Assembly (NCBI GenBank): GCA_965205505.1
Contig: CBDBHB010000006.1
Location: forward strand, 352,001-416,000
Direction: 5' to 3'
Length of the DNA: 64,000 bases
DNA from: Acidobacteriota bacterium
GTDB taxonomy: Bacteria; Acidobacteriota; UBA890; WLXD01
In this document: one piece after another, positions 9,394-19,174 of the stretch
Numbering within the stretch: position 1 is the stretch's first letter
Layout: each line of letters opens with the position of its first letter
The notes under the pieces: model-generated
Databases searched by the model: none
The model's input: only the letters and a program-made list of their open reading frames with translations
Told to the model about the DNA's origin: nothing
Made by a program: the position numbers and the translations under genes

Positions 9394-11127
9394 GTGGAAT
9401 CGAAGCGAGCCGACCGCACGCCTCTGACGGAGCCGCTAGGTCTCGCGTCGGCGCTCCTGGTCCTGGGCGCCGCGGCCGGGCCGGCGACAGCGCCGGTGCG
9501 TGGTGCGCCCGAGACGATCCTTCATGGCGGCCGAATCTACACGGTCGATCCGGCACGCCCGTGGGCTGAGGCGGTCGCCATCGAGGCCGGCAAGATCGTT
9601 GCTATCGGCGACGATGCCGAGGTGCTCGGCCTGGGCAGCAGCATGACCGAGCGGATCGACCTGGACGGTCGGATGGTACTTCCCGGCTTCCATGATCCGC
9701 ACGTCCACGTGGTCGAGGCGGGCGTCAACGAGCGCCTCTGTCTTTTCCCTTGGCGTCGTCCGCTAGCGGCCTACGAGCAATCGGCTCGCACCTGCGCCAA
9801 CCGCCAACAGCGCCGCGACTGGGTAGTCGGGGCGGGGGTCTTTGTGGCGGCGCTGCTGGAAGGAGACGAGCTACCGGTCGACGTGCTGGATCGCGCCGTG
9901 CCGGATCGGCCGGCGCTGATTCTCGACGACCTGGGGCATGGCGCGTGGGCCAACACAATGGCCATGGAAGCCGCTGGATATCGTCGCGCTAGTCCCGACC
10001 CGCCAGGCGGAATCCTGGATCGCGACGCAGTAAGCGGGCGTCTGACCGGAATCGTGTTCGAGAACGCCCAGCAGAGGCTGCGCGACGCAGCCTGGCCACC
10101 GACCGAACAAAACCTCGAAGAGACGTATCAAGGGCTGATCGGCAGCCTCGCCGAGCTCAACATGCACGGGATTACCTCGGTCAGCGATGCCGGCGGCTAC
10201 TGGACGCGCGGCCACCACGAGGTGTGGGAGCGCGCCCAGCGTCGCGGCGAGCTCACGGTCCGCGCCAGCAACGCGCTGTATGTGTTTCCGGACCGCCCGT
10301 TCGATGCTCAGATCGCCGACCTCGAGCGCCTGTATGCCAACGAGTCCGGGAGCCTGCTGCGATTCAATCAGGCGAAGATCTACATCGACGGCATCCTCGA
10401 CCTCGGAACCTCGGCGCTGCTGGATCCCTACCTCGAGAAAGCGTCTCCCCCGAGCCCGTCGCCTTCCGGGTTCGTCTACTTCGAGCAGGCTGTGCTGCAG
10501 GAGTATGTCCGGGTGCTCGACGAGATCGGGTTTCAAATGCACTTCCACGCCACCGGCGATCGCGGCGTGCGGCTGGCGCTTGACGCAGTGGAGGCTGCGC
10601 GGGCGGACAATGGTGCTGCGGATCGGCGGCATCGCGTCACCCACCTCTATTTGGTGGACGAAGAGGACCGGGGGCGGTTCCTCGAGCTCGGTGTGATCGC
10701 CGACCTGCAGATGCCCCCCGACGCCGTCAACCGTGCCTACGCGCGCTACCTGAGCCGCTTGGTCGGCGATGACGCGTCCGAAGCGCTGCTGCCGGTGCAA
10801 TCGCTGCTGGACGCCGGAGCCAAGACCGTTCTGAGCAGCGATTGGGACGCCGGCCCGCTGTCGCCGCTGGGCACCATCCAGCTCGCGCTGACGCGTTTCA
10901 CCGAACCGGTCGGCAGGCTCGGAGACGCGATCCGCATGCTGACGCTGGACGCCGCGTTCCTGCTGCACCAGGCCGACATCACCGGTTCGATCATGGTCGG
11001 CAAGCAGGCAGACCTGGTGGTGCTCGATCGCGATCTGTTCGCCATCCCGAAGACGCAGATCGAGGATGTGCGGGTGTTGCTCACGCTGCTTGACGGCGAG
11101 AAAGTCTTCCGCGCCGGAGGCTTCTGA
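9394..11127 (+). CDS. Second amidohydrolase family 3 (YtcJ/NfdA-like)
   Basis: PGFHDPHVH, KIYIDG, HATGD, LSSDW, GSIMVGKQADLVVLD. Confidence 0.9.
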   Translation: MESKRADRTPLTEPLGLASALLVLGAAAGPATAPVRGAPETILHGGRIYTVDPARPWAEAVAIEAGKIVAIGDDAEVLGLGSSMTERIDLDGRMVLPGFHDPHVHVVEAGVNERLCLFPWRRPLAAYEQSARTCANRQQRRDWVVGAGVFVAALLEGDELPVDVLDRAVPDRPALILDDLGHGAWANTMAMEAAGYRRASPDPPGGILDRDAVSGRLTGIVFENAQQRLRDAAWPPTEQNLEETYQGLIGSLAELNMHGITSVSDAGGYWTRGHHEVWERAQRRGELTVRASNALYVFPDRPFDAQIADLERLYANESGSLLRFNQAKIYIDGILDLGTSALLDPYLEKASPPSPSPSGFVYFEQAVLQEYVRVLDEIGFQMHFHATGDRGVRLALDAVEAARADNGAADRRHRVTHLYLVDEEDRGRFLELGVIADLQMPPDAVNRAYARYLSRLVGDDASEALLPVQSLLDAGAKTVLSSDWDAGPLSPLGTIQLALTRFTEPVGRLGDAIRMLTLDAAFLLHQADITGSIMVGKQADLVVLDRDLFAIPKTQIEDVRVLLTLLDGEKVFRAGGF

Positions 11128-11185
11128 GCCCTCGCTGTGCTCGAGCGTTTGCTCCAATACGCGACGCTGGGTCGCCGGCCGAGAC

Positions 11186-13789
11186 CTACCAGTTGAACGA
11201 GCGCGTGATCTTCAACGTCAGCGAGCGGTCGTGGCGACCGAAGCGAAGGCCGTCGTACTCGCCCGCCTGACGGTAGACGAGATAGATGTCGTCGCCGATG
11301 CGGTAGATGTAGCGCAGGCGCGCGAAGATCGAGACGTCGTTCGAAACGTTGCTGTGCTGAACCAGCGCATCGGTGAGCCAGCGGTCCGAAAAGCTGTAGT
11401 TGGCGCGCACGTTGAGCACGTTGCTCGTGAAGCTCCCCCCCGGAAGATCGATCTTGTTGTAGCGGAAGGTTGGAGCGACGCGGAGCTTCTCACTGAGCCG
11501 AAACGTCAGCCGTGGCGACAGCGTCAGTATGTTTCCATCGAAGAACTCTCCGATGTTGGTGCTGAGGCTGGCGCTGACCCTGCGGCCACCGAAGGTGAAC
11601 AGGAACACATCCAAGCTGTCGAAGCTGTACTCGCCGGGCGGGATCGTCACGTCGGGGTGGATCTCGAAGGGGACGTCGAGCCGCTCGAAGTCCCGAGCGT
11701 AGCCGCCGCCAATCGAGTCTCCCGACTCGAGCTCGAGGAACGCAAAGACTTCCTCCCGGCGGCTGACCAGCGTCCCACCGGTGTCGTGAAAGGTCGAGAG
11801 GCTGGCATCGATGCTCACCCGTCGCATCCATGCAATGCCCGGCCGCGGGTTCCATGAGGTCTGGTAGGCGCGGCGGACGATGTCCTCCCGCAGGACGAAG
11901 CCCAGATCGCTCTGGAAGTCGGGATCGATCCGCAGGACGTCGACGCTGGCGCCCCACAGGTCGCTGTTCCAGCCAACACGGAACTGGCCGGCGAACTTGC
12001 CTTCCTCGAGGTCATCGTCGGTGGCACGCGCCCCGAAGGCCGAGACGTTGAGGTTGTCGAAGAAAGTGAAGCTGGCGTCGGCTCCGATAACCGTGTTGGT
12101 CGCTCCGTCCGGCCCTTCGACGTTGGTTATGAGCGCGCCGACGCTCGATCGGGCCAGCACGTCCTGACGCCAGCGCAGCACCGCATAGTTGCGCCCTTCA
12201 CCGAACTCGGAGTCGCCCGTTCGGACGTTGAGGAAGCCGATGTTGCCGCTGCCCACCTTGCCCGTCATCTTGGCGCCGAAGTCGATAGGCGTTGGCTCGC
12301 CTGAGTCCGACAGGCCGATGTTGCGCGAGTGGAAGAGACGCAACGTTGGAGCTCCGAAGCCGCCGAAGCCACCGCCGCGTTGCTGGCCGAAGCTGAAGTT
12401 GTTGGCCCCTTCGAGGAAGAAGTCGCGCTTCTCGGGGAAAAAGAGCGAGAAGCGCGTCAGGTTGACGCGTTGCTGATCGACTTCGACCTGCGCGAAATCG
12501 GTGTTGTAGGTGAGGTCGGCGGTCAGGTTCGACGTGATCTGGATCTTGAAGTCGTCGATGCCGAGCTGGTCGGTAACGTCGTTGGTGCGACCGGGGTCGT
12601 CGAATAGTGAGGTAGTGCCGCCCAGAAAGTAGGGCCGGACCCGGAAGCGCTGGGTCACCGACAGGTTCTCGAAGCCGCGCAGGTCGCCGGCTTGCGATAC
12701 GGCGATGAATCGAAAATCACGTCGATAGTTGCTCCAGGCCACCTGCTCGTTCTTGTGGCGGATCTGACGCTCGAAGTCGACGCCCCAGTCGGCCATGCCG
12801 GACGAGAAGCGCAGGATCCCCAGCGGGATGACCAGCTCGGCCTCCCAGCCACGGGAGGTGACCTGTGCGGCCGCCTCCCAGGCCTCGTCCCAGTCGGAGT
12901 TGATCTCGCGCTCGTTGCGAATGGTGGCGTCGTAGCGGGTGCCGAGTGCGTTCACGGTGAACAGGAAGGCGCTGCGACCATCGTGGAAGGTGTCCAGCAA
13001 GATGCTGAAGGTGTCGTCGGATCCGCCGAATCGTGAGCCCAGCGCGTCGCGTCGCATCTCGGTGGCGAGCACGGCGCTCGGGTTGCTGTCGTACGCAATC
13101 ACGCCGACATAGAGGTTCTCGTCGTCGTATAGAACATGGACCTCCGTGCGTTCCGAGGCTGGCTGCCCTTCTTGCGGCTCGCGCTGAAGGAAGTCGCTGG
13201 CGACATCGGCAAGGGCCCAGCTAGCGTCGTCGACGATCCCGTCCATCACCGGAGCTTCGCTGGTACGCGTGACCGCCACGTCTGGTGCCCGACCCGGCGC
13301 CCGCGCAGATCGCGGTCGGGCAGCTCCGAACGCCGTCTCGAGAGCGGTGGGTGTTGGAGCGGCGGCACCGTCGGTCGCTTCGAACGGCGGTGTCGGTACA
13401 ACGGCACCGGTGGGTGTCGGCGCCCGCACGCCAGCCGGGTCCATGACCGGAGCGCTGGTGACACGAACGGGCGCGTTCAGCTCCCCCGGCGTGACCATCC
13501 GCACCGGAATCTGCCTTCTCGGTAACTGGGTCGGCACCATGAGCGGCGCGCGTGGTCCGCCTCCGTTCCCCGCCAGCGGCACGCTCCGCAGGGCGATGCG
13601 CGTGCCCGGAGTGACCATGCGTACGGGAATCGCCCGCCGCCCAACCGGCTGCTGTCGTTGGCGCTCGGTTTGGCTCTGGCGTTGGCGTTCTGCCGAAGCA
13701 GCGCTGGACTGGCTCAGGGACTCCGGCGCCGGGCCGGCAGCCACCACGACGGCGAGGCACAGGAAGAGAACTGACTTGGGCTTAGGCAA
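11186..13789 (-). CDS. CBM9-like plus DUF5916 outer-membrane beta-barrel protein with Pro-rich repeated N-terminal extension
   Basis: P..DG..DD..W, YDDENLYV, NTDFAQVEVD, RFSLFFPEKRDFFLEG; terminal Trp; TTG start at 13789 inferred from signal peptide. Confidence 0.8.
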   Translation of the reverse strand: MPKPKSVLFLCLAVVVAAGPAPESLSQSSAASAERQRQSQTERQRQQPVGRRAIPVRMVTPGTRIALRSVPLAGNGGGPRAPLMVPTQLPRRQIPVRMVTPGELNAPVRVTSAPVMDPAGVRAPTPTGAVVPTPPFEATDGAAAPTPTALETAFGAARPRSARAPGRAPDVAVTRTSEAPVMDGIVDDASWALADVASDFLQREPQEGQPASERTEVHVLYDDENLYVGVIAYDSNPSAVLATEMRRDALGSRFGGSDDTFSILLDTFHDGRSAFLFTVNALGTRYDATIRNEREINSDWDEAWEAAAQVTSRGWEAELVIPLGILRFSSGMADWGVDFERQIRHKNEQVAWSNYRRDFRFIAVSQAGDLRGFENLSVTQRFRVRPYFLGGTTSLFDDPGRTNDVTDQLGIDDFKIQITSNLTADLTYNTDFAQVEVDQQRVNLTRFSLFFPEKRDFFLEGANNFSFGQQRGGGFGGFGAPTLRLFHSRNIGLSDSGEPTPIDFGAKMTGKVGSGNIGFLNVRTGDSEFGEGRNYAVLRWRQDVLARSSVGALITNVEGPDGATNTVIGADASFTFFDNLNVSAFGARATDDDLEEGKFAGQFRVGWNSDLWGASVDVLRIDPDFQSDLGFVLREDIVRRAYQTSWNPRPGIAWMRRVSIDASLSTFHDTGGTLVSRREEVFAFLELESGDSIGGGYARDFERLDVPFEIHPDVTIPPGEYSFDSLDVFLFTFGGRRVSASLSTNIGEFFDGNILTLSPRLTFRLSEKLRVAPTFRYNKIDLPGGSFTSNVLNVRANYSFSDRWLTDALVQHSNVSNDVSIFARLRYIYRIGDDIYLVYRQAGEYDGLRFGRHDRSLTLKITRSFNW

Positions 13790-14004
13790 GACCAGAGTGT
13801 CCGAGGGCGCTGAGGCTCGACGATGCTGCTCCCCGGTTAAGTTACAGTGTGCGTCTGACGGACGAAATAAATCCGTCGGTTCCACGGCGCGTGGCCGGCC
13901 AGACAAGGCCAGCGGCCGACGGTTGTGATACTGCAGCGGAACTCGCCGCGGCCCTGAGTAGCACGCGCATGCGGCGGACCGACACCAAGGAGATCGAGGG
14001 CCGG

Positions 14005-15585
14005 ATGGACAGACAGATCGAGCCCCGAGTCTTCTGGCCGGCGTTGATCGTCATCCTGACGATGTGCACTACCGCCATGATGTGGCCCGAGGCCGGCGGG
14101 GTGGTGGTCAACCAGGCGCGAAACTGGGTGAGCTACAACTTCGGCTGGCTCTACCTGTTCTCCGGCATCGCGTGCTTCGGATTGCTCGCCTGGCTAACGT
14201 TCGGCCGTTTCGCCGGCGTGAAGCTCGGTCGACCTGATGACGAGCCCGAGTTCTCCACCTTCACCTGGATCGCGATGCTCTTCTGTGGCGGTATCGGTTC
14301 CAGCCTCACCTACTGGGCCCTGCTCGAGCCCATTTACTATCTGCAGACGCCTCCCTTCGCGCTCGAGAGCGGCTCCGCCCTTTCCTACGAGTGGGCCGCC
14401 ATGTACGGCAACTTTCACTGGGGGCTCAGCGCCTGGGCCTTCTGGGCCGTCCCGGCTATCATCATCGGTTACTCGTACTACGTGCGGCGCCAGCCCCGGC
14501 TGACCTTCAGCATGGCCTCGAAGAGCGTGCTCGGGCGGCACACCACCGGCCCGTTAGGGATCGCTATGGACGTCGCCGTGATGTTCGGAATTATCGGCGG
14601 CGTGGGGACGTCACTGGGTCTGGGTACGCCTCTGATCGCGGCGATCTCGGCCGAGATCCTCGGTATATCGCAAGGCATCGGACTGAACCTGGTGATCTTG
14701 TTCATCTGGACGCTCATATTCGGCACCAGCGTTTACCTCGGTCTCGAGCGTGGAATCGCGCGGCTCAGCAACATCAACACCTACCTGGCGCTCCTCCTGG
14801 TCGCCTTCGTGCTGGTGGTTGGCCCCACGGTGTTCATCCTCAACATGTTCAGCAACAGCATGAGCCTGATGCTGGACAACTTTTTTCGTATGAGCCTATG
14901 GACCGACCCCATCGCCGAGGAAAGGTTCCCACAAACCTGGACGGTCTTCTATTGGGCATGGTGGGTGGCGTACGCGCCGATGATGGGGCTGTTCGTCGCC
15001 CGCATCTCCCGAGGCCGCACGTTCCGCGAGGTCGTTTTTGCAATGTGCTTCTGGGGCTCGGTCGGCTGCTGGGCCTACTTCGCCGTCTTCGGCGGCTACT
15101 CGCTCCATCTGCAGGTCACTGGCGCTCTCGACGTCAGCCGGCTCCTCACCGAGGTGGGCCCGGCGAGAACGGGCGCCGCGATCCTGGCGTCGCTGCCGAT
15201 GAGCGGCGTGGTGCTGCCGACCATCGTGGTAGTGCTGTTCATCTTCATGGCGACCACCATCGACTCCTCGGCGTACATCCTCGCCTCGGTTTCGACGCGT
15301 GAGCTTCACGCCGACGAGGAGCCGGCGCGCTGGAATCGTGTCCTGTGGGCGATCATCCTCGGTTTAACCGCCATGATGATGCTCAGCATCGGCGGCCTCG
15401 AGGTACTCCAGGCGTCCTCCATCGTGATGGCGCTGCCGGTGCTGCTCGCCTTATACGTGCTCGCGTGGGCCTTCGTGAAGGACCTGCTCGAGGACTACGG
15501 CGAGGCGCTTGCCACGCCGCCTCTGCCAGTGGTGGAATACGACGAGGACGGCCGGCGTCTCCGCGATGATTCGACGCCAGACTGA
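14005..15585 (+). CDS. BCCT-family (betaine/carnitine/choline) transporter
   Basis: PEFSTFTWIAMLF, FHWG..AW, WTVFYWAWWVAYAP, ARISRGRT. Confidence 0.92.
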   Translation: MDRQIEPRVFWPALIVILTMCTTAMMWPEAGGVVVNQARNWVSYNFGWLYLFSGIACFGLLAWLTFGRFAGVKLGRPDDEPEFSTFTWIAMLFCGGIGSSLTYWALLEPIYYLQTPPFALESGSALSYEWAAMYGNFHWGLSAWAFWAVPAIIIGYSYYVRRQPRLTFSMASKSVLGRHTTGPLGIAMDVAVMFGIIGGVGTSLGLGTPLIAAISAEILGISQGIGLNLVILFIWTLIFGTSVYLGLERGIARLSNINTYLALLLVAFVLVVGPTVFILNMFSNSMSLMLDNFFRMSLWTDPIAEERFPQTWTVFYWAWWVAYAPMMGLFVARISRGRTFREVVFAMCFWGSVGCWAYFAVFGGYSLHLQVTGALDVSRLLTEVGPARTGAAILASLPMSGVVLPTIVVVLFIFMATTIDSSAYILASVSTRELHADEEPARWNRVLWAIILGLTAMMMLSIGGLEVLQASSIVMALPVLLALYVLAWAFVKDLLEDYGEALATPPLPVVEYDEDGRRLRDDSTPD

Positions 15586-15610
15586 CGGCGCTCGCCGAAG
15601 GTCGATCCGG

Positions 15611-17335
15611 ATGTATCTCGGCAGGGTTTCTCGGGCCCGGTGCGCAATGCTCGGAGCACTGTTGCTGCTCGCGTCGCTGCCCAGCTCGACCGCCGCCCAG
15701 GGACAAGAAGTGCGCTTCGTGCGTGTGCCGGACAACGCCGGGATCACGTTCTCGCACGACTACGGTGGAGCCGAGAAAGCCTACATATCGGAGTTCGGCG
15801 GATCGGGTGGAGCGTGGCTCGACTACGATCGCGATGGCGGCCTCGACCTGTTCCTGGTAAACGGACTCGAGGGCGCTGGCGCCGACCCTGTCGCTGCATC
15901 GATTGCAGGTCTCGCGGGTAGGTATTCCAGTGGTGGGCACGCCCTCTACCGACGCAGGCAAGGCGGCTATGGTCGTGTGCCCGATGGAGGCGGCGCCGGT
16001 GATCACGTTTGGGGCAACGGGGCGGCCGTTGCCGACGTCGACAACGATGGCTTCCCCGACCTGTTGGTTACGGCCATCGGTCCCGATCGCTTGTACCGCA
16101 ACAACGGCGACGGCACGTTCAGCGCGTGGCCGGCCAGAGTGCAGGACGAGGGCTGGGGCGCAAGCGCCACCTTTCTCGATTGGGACGGCGATGGCTGGCT
16201 CGATGTCTATGTTACCAAGTACGTGGATTTCGACGGTGCCAACACTCACACGGTGGGCGACCGCTACTGCATGTATCAGGGCGTCGACGTCTTCTGCGGG
16301 CCGGAGGGGCTCGATGGCGCGCGCGATGTGTTCTTCAGAAACCGGGCGGACGGCACGTTCGAGCCGTGGCCGAGTCAGCGAGTCGATCGCGAATCAACAT
16401 ACGGGCTGGCGCTGGTAGCCACCGATTGCAACGGTGATGCGAGGCCCGAGATCTACGTCGCCAACGACTCGACCATCAACCTGCTGTATCGCCGAGATGA
16501 TACCGGGGTACTCGATGAATGGGGCCTGTTCTCGGGCGCCGGCTATAGCAGCGAGGGCCTGGAGCAGGCGGGGATGGGCGCCACTGCGGCAGACTTCGAT
16601 GCCGACGGGCATTTCGACCTGCTCGTTAGCAACTTTCAGAACGACAACAACGCCCTCTACCGCAATCTCGGCGACTGCTCCTTCGAAGAAGTCAGCCAAC
16701 TGCTCGGGCTGGCCGCCAGCAGCCTTCCATACATGGGTTGGGCGGCGCAGTTCTTCGACCCGGACGGCGACGCCGACGTCGACGTGTTCGTGGCCAACGG
16801 CCACATCTATCCGCAACTCGACGAGTATGAGCCCTACGCGCAACGCAACCTGCTGTCGTTGAATCGATTGCGGGAAACCGGTGAGGCGCGGTTCGAGGAG
16901 ATAGGGCAGCAGGCGGGACCCGGGATGGCGATCGAGGCGACGTCGCGCGCGGCCCTCATCGGCGACTACGACAACGACGCCGATGCCGATGTGCTGGTGA
17001 CCAACATCAACGGTGCTCCGGACCTGCTGCGCAACGACACCGAGCCACAGCTTGCCGCGCTACAGGTGCGTCTGGTGGGTCGCGAGGCCAACCGAATGGG
17101 CTACGGAGCGCGCCTCCTGGTGCGCTCGGGCGACGACGTGCAAGTGTTGCAGATGAGCAGCGGCGATGGCTATCTCGGCAGCAACGATGCGCGACTACTC
17201 ATCTACCTGCCGTCAGGCCGCGCCGACGAGCTCCGGGTACTCTGGGGCGTCGGGAAGGAGACGGTCCTCACCGATGTGGCGCCAGGTCAGATCGTGGTCG
17301 ATCAGGAGCGAGGCGTCGTCGCCCGACAGAACTAG
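15611..17335 (+). CDS. CRTAC1-family FG-GAP repeat protein with ASPIC/UnbV domain
   Basis: Multiple DxDxDGxxD repeats; C-terminal NRMGYGAR..GDGYLGSND. Confidence 0.88.
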   Translation: MYLGRVSRARCAMLGALLLLASLPSSTAAQGQEVRFVRVPDNAGITFSHDYGGAEKAYISEFGGSGGAWLDYDRDGGLDLFLVNGLEGAGADPVAASIAGLAGRYSSGGHALYRRRQGGYGRVPDGGGAGDHVWGNGAAVADVDNDGFPDLLVTAIGPDRLYRNNGDGTFSAWPARVQDEGWGASATFLDWDGDGWLDVYVTKYVDFDGANTHTVGDRYCMYQGVDVFCGPEGLDGARDVFFRNRADGTFEPWPSQRVDRESTYGLALVATDCNGDARPEIYVANDSTINLLYRRDDTGVLDEWGLFSGAGYSSEGLEQAGMGATAADFDADGHFDLLVSNFQNDNNALYRNLGDCSFEEVSQLLGLAASSLPYMGWAAQFFDPDGDADVDVFVANGHIYPQLDEYEPYAQRNLLSLNRLRETGEARFEEIGQQAGPGMAIEATSRAALIGDYDNDADADVLVTNINGAPDLLRNDTEPQLAALQVRLVGREANRMGYGARLLVRSGDDVQVLQMSSGDGYLGSNDARLLIYLPSGRADELRVLWGVGKETVLTDVAPGQIVVDQERGVVARQN

Positions 17336-17336
17336 A

Positions 17337-17512
17337 CTAGCAGGCCGTGGTGAAAGTGTGGTGGGTCTGGCGACAGGGTCTTGCGAGGCGCAGGCAAGGA
17401 GAGAGGAGGAGGCGATGGTTACCCCATCGTTGACGAGGAACGACGCAGCATACGCGCGCAACCCCCTGTCGCCCGAAGGGTTACCCACCACACTTTCACC
17501 ACGGCCTGCTAG
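17337..17512. mobile_element. 176-bp MITE/REP-like hairpin element bounded by CTAG
   Basis: Perfect 29-bp terminal inverted repeat CTAGCAGGCCGTGGTGAAAGTGTGGTGGG (17337-17365, 17484-17512); inner imperfect arms GGCGACAGGGTCTTGCG / CGCAACCCCCTGTCGCC; second partial copy at 18969. Confidence 0.85.
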
Positions 17513-18120
17513 GGCCCCTGCCAGTCGATCTTGGCGTACTCGCCGCTCTGACCCTCGAGGTTCCAGTTCCGTCCCCAGTCACGGTACCGGCTCACCTTTG
17601 CGCGGCACACGACGATATCGGGCGCCATCCAATAGCCGCTGTTGGTCACCTTGGTGACCCCCGTGCCGCCGCGCCCCTTTATTGGCTCCACGTGACCGTC
17701 GATGATCTTCGGGATACCGACGCGCCAGCCGCGCCCCTCTTTCTCGAAGCTGATCGGTACATGCTTGGTGCCGCGAAAATCGGCGATCATGATCGAGAAC
17801 CAGCTGATGGGCCCACCTGCCTTGCCCGACAGGATCTTCTCGAGCGCCTTCGCTTTTGCCGGGCTGGCTTTCTCGTCGACGTAGAGCCCTACCGTCCAAC
17901 CTCCGTCGGCGAGCGCACCAGGGACATCCATCAGGACGGCGACCTTGAGGCCGTCAAGCTTCAACCTACCGGCATTGCCCTCGTGGATGTTGATGGCGTA
18001 CCACGTGTGGCAGACACCATGGCTGGGCTTCGCGGTTCCGAGCGACACCACACACGGACAAAACACATCGCAGTTGCAGCTCAGCACAATCTCGCCGCGG
18101 ATCCTCCAACGTGCCGCCAT
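17509..18120 (-). CDS. DUF1326 domain protein
   Basis: SCNCDVFCPC motif, GRLKLDGLKV, GGWTVGLYVDE; GGAGG RBS; paired with DUF2182 gene. Confidence 0.88.
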   Translation of the reverse strand: MAARWRIRGEIVLSCNCDVFCPCVVSLGTAKPSHGVCHTWYAINIHEGNAGRLKLDGLKVAVLMDVPGALADGGWTVGLYVDEKASPAKAKALEKILSGKAGGPISWFSIMIADFRGTKHVPISFEKEGRGWRVGIPKIIDGHVEPIKGRGGTGVTKVTNSGYWMAPDIVVCRAKVSRYRDWGRNWNLEGQSGEYAKIDWQGP

Positions 18121-18164
18121 AGCTCCTCCGGTTGCCACTTTCGCGAGTCAGACCTTAGCACCTG

Positions 18165-18956
18165 TCAGACGCCCAGACGGATCAGGTACAACCCCCAGAC
18201 CGTCAGCAGGACGCCAGCCGCATTGCTGACCAGGCGCACGGACGGGATCACTTTTTCCAAGAGCACGAAGGCGGCAATCAGTGCCAGCCACAGCAGGTTC
18301 ATGACCCCGGCGACGAACATCAGGGCCATGAGCGCCCAGCAGCAACCGACACAGTAGATGCCGTGCTCGAGCCCCATGGCCAGGGCACCGCGCCAGCCGT
18401 CGCGCCAGCTGGTCATGAAGAAAGCAAGCGGCGAACGGCAGTGTCTGAGGCACGCTTGCTTCAACGGCGTCCATTGGAACACGCCGGCAGTAAACAGGAG
18501 CACGCCGCCGAAGAGTGGGCTGGCGGCGGCGCCGTCGGCGTCTACCAGGGTGGCAACATGCAGCCGCCACTCCACAATGGTCGCCAAGCCGCTGAACACT
18601 GTCCACACGAGCACATAACCGAGTACGAAAGCGACCACCGGCCACACGGGTGCGAGCTCTGGGCCCTGCTTGCGCTTGATCTTGGCGAACGCCAGCACCA
18701 TCGGCGCGGCGGTCGGGACCATCATGGCGGTCATCATGACCGTCCATATCAGGAACAGCAGCCCCAAGTCGCCCAGATCCCAGGGGTGGGTTCGCGCCGC
18801 GCCGATGTGCGCTGCCGGCAGGTGCGGGAGCTCCCGAGCCAGCTTGACCGTGTATGCCCAGGCGAGCAGTGAAGCGACGATCAACCCACCCAGCACGAGC
18901 AAGCGGTCGTTGCGGAGCGCGGCTTCGAGGGCTCCCCCGGGCTTTGTCGCACGCAT
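18165..18956 (-). CDS. DUF2182 predicted metal-binding membrane protein
   Basis: W.VMM.AMM.P, FQWTPLKQACLRHCRSP, G.YCVGCCWALM, GVMN, EK. Confidence 0.92.
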   Translation of the reverse strand: MRATKPGGALEAALRNDRLLVLGGLIVASLLAWAYTVKLARELPHLPAAHIGAARTHPWDLGDLGLLFLIWTVMMTAMMVPTAAPMVLAFAKIKRKQGPELAPVWPVVAFVLGYVLVWTVFSGLATIVEWRLHVATLVDADGAAASPLFGGVLLFTAGVFQWTPLKQACLRHCRSPLAFFMTSWRDGWRGALAMGLEHGIYCVGCCWALMALMFVAGVMNLLWLALIAAFVLLEKVIPSVRLVSNAAGVLLTVWGLYLIRLGV

Positions 18957-18968
18957 GTTGGGGGCACA

Positions 18969-19057
18969 CTAGCAGGCCGTGGTGAAAGTGTGGTGGGTCT
19001 GGCGACAGGGTCTTGCGAAGTGCAGGCAAAGAGAAGAGGAGGAGGCGACGGTTACCC
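18969..19057 (+). mobile_element. Truncated left-half copy of the CTAG MITE
   Basis: First ~50 bp identical to 17337 onward; similarity decays after GGTTACCC. Confidence 0.85.
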
Positions 19058-19174
19058 GTGCCGACTTGACATCGACGGTCGGAACGGCGATATGAAGGAA
19101 TCTAACGGCGTCCCGGCGTCTATGCCACGCCGGCCGAATAGAAGACTTGCGCACTGCCCCGATCAGGAGACCCT

